From: Nitrososphaeria archaeon
GTDB lineage: Archaea > Thermoproteota > Nitrososphaeria_A > Caldarchaeales > JAVZCJ01
NCBI GenBank assembly: GCA_041862235.1
Contig: JBGVSY010000015.1
Location: 11,866-75,865, forward strand
DNA: 64,000 bases
Reading direction: 5' to 3'
The number at the start of each line of letters is the position of its first letter. Position 1 is the first letter of the stretch. The notes beneath the pieces were generated by a model that had not been told where the DNA came from, did not search any database, and saw only the letters and a list, made by a program, of their open reading frames with translations. The translations under genes were made by a program, and so were the position numbers. Below, piece by piece: positions 63,509-64,000 of this stretch.

Positions 63509-63652
63509 GGTGTATAAGCCTTAAGCATGCTTGGTCAGCAAGATTCTACCCCACCCTTTTGGATCTGCTGAACTCCCGGCTCAACCGGACGTCGATCTTA
63601 ATAGAGACGGTCAAAATGGGGCGGGAGATCGATCGGCTCTCCTCTTAGGAGA

Positions 63653-64000
63653 CTACTTGGTCTCCACCGCCTTTGCCGTTGTTCTTACGTGATCGACCGG
63701 AACCGATATTGGGAGTGGGAAGGCTGATTCAGCTAGCTCTATTGTTACTTCCTTCTTGGGCTTGTCAACTCTTGCTATCTTTCCAGACATTCCTTTGAGT
63801 GGGCCTGCTGTTATCTCCACGGTGTCACCTGTGCTCAAGGTGTCTATGATGGGCATCTCCACCAGGTGGCTGGCAATCTCGTCAAGGCTGACCGGCATCA
63901 CCGGCCTACTTCTGACGTGTCTTATTCCATGAAGCGTCGTAACGACGTGCTCCCTTCTCTTTGCTTCCACGAAGACGTATCCTCTGACATCTGGGAGAAC
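63653..64000 (-). CDS. spt5: Transcription elongation factor Spt5 (NusG), 5' end beyond the window
   Basis: The KOW motif is GDTVEITAGPLKGMSGKIARVD. The frame stays open to the window edge, where it reads ...VLPDVRGYVFVEAKRREHV from the NGN domain. Confidence 0.75.
   Translation of the reverse strand, partial: VLPDVRGYVFVEAKRREHVVTTLHGIRHVRSRPVMPVSLDEIASHLVEMPIIDTLSTGDTVEITAGPLKGMSGKIARVDKPKKEVTIELAESAFPLPISVPVDHVRTTAKAVETK

Noticed and set aside
1-64000. Search for CRISPR arrays, rRNA genes, transposases, integrases and IS or prophage boundaries
   Set aside because: I could not find regularly spaced direct repeats, rRNA-like sequence, or DDE/tyrosine/serine recombinase motifs. The window looks like core chromosome rather than a mobile island.

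Overview
This is a densely coding archaeal chromosomal segment with about 65 protein genes, one tRNA, and no CRISPR array, rRNA or obvious mobile element. Archaeal identity rests on the uL11-uL1-P0-P1 stalk operon, Alba, Spt5, RpoP, eL40, family-B DNA polymerase, proteasome beta, Pth2, Taw1 and an intron-containing tRNA. The lineage guess, an uncultured TACK/Bathyarchaeia-like organism, is low confidence. The largest recognisable module is a complete archaeal five-subunit CODH/ACS (acetyl-CoA decarbonylase/synthase) island: cooC, cdhABCDE, a second cooC, a RACo-type corrinoid activase, and a 59-codon CooT-like ORF absent from the supplied ORF track. The rest is housekeeping: glycerate kinase, AMP phosphorylase, agmatinase, SucCD, cysteine synthase, a RibL/RbkR flavin cluster, NMNAT, RtcA, NOG1, two NOP2/Sun m5C methyltransferases, TruD, EndoV, a translin-like protein and an Lhr helicase. 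The items most worth a second look follow. (1) A half-size, hinge-less, cysteine-free SMC-like ATPase sits in an operon with kleisin-like and kite-like partners (21.4-24.7 kb). (2) The palindrome GATCGATC/CGATCG recurs at least 17 times and lies almost only outside confidently called genes. (3) A 32-codon ORF that is two-thirds Lys/Arg has a perfect Shine-Dalgarno site and is divergent from an HDAC-family deacetylase. (4) Paralogues of TlpA, NadE, asparaginase and NusA appear to have lost catalytic or ligand motifs. (5) tRNA-Val(CAC) appears to carry two 20-nt introns. (6) An unannotated eL40 gene has a TTG start. (7) Two B12-domain radical-SAM proteins stand out, one with an interrupted Cys motif and one in a glutaredoxin-like/radical-SAM/geranylgeranyl-reductase (grx-rSAM-GGR) operon. 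All calls come from reading translated motifs by eye. No database search, HMM run or RNA folding was done, and start codons are often ambiguous because many appear to be GTG or TTG.
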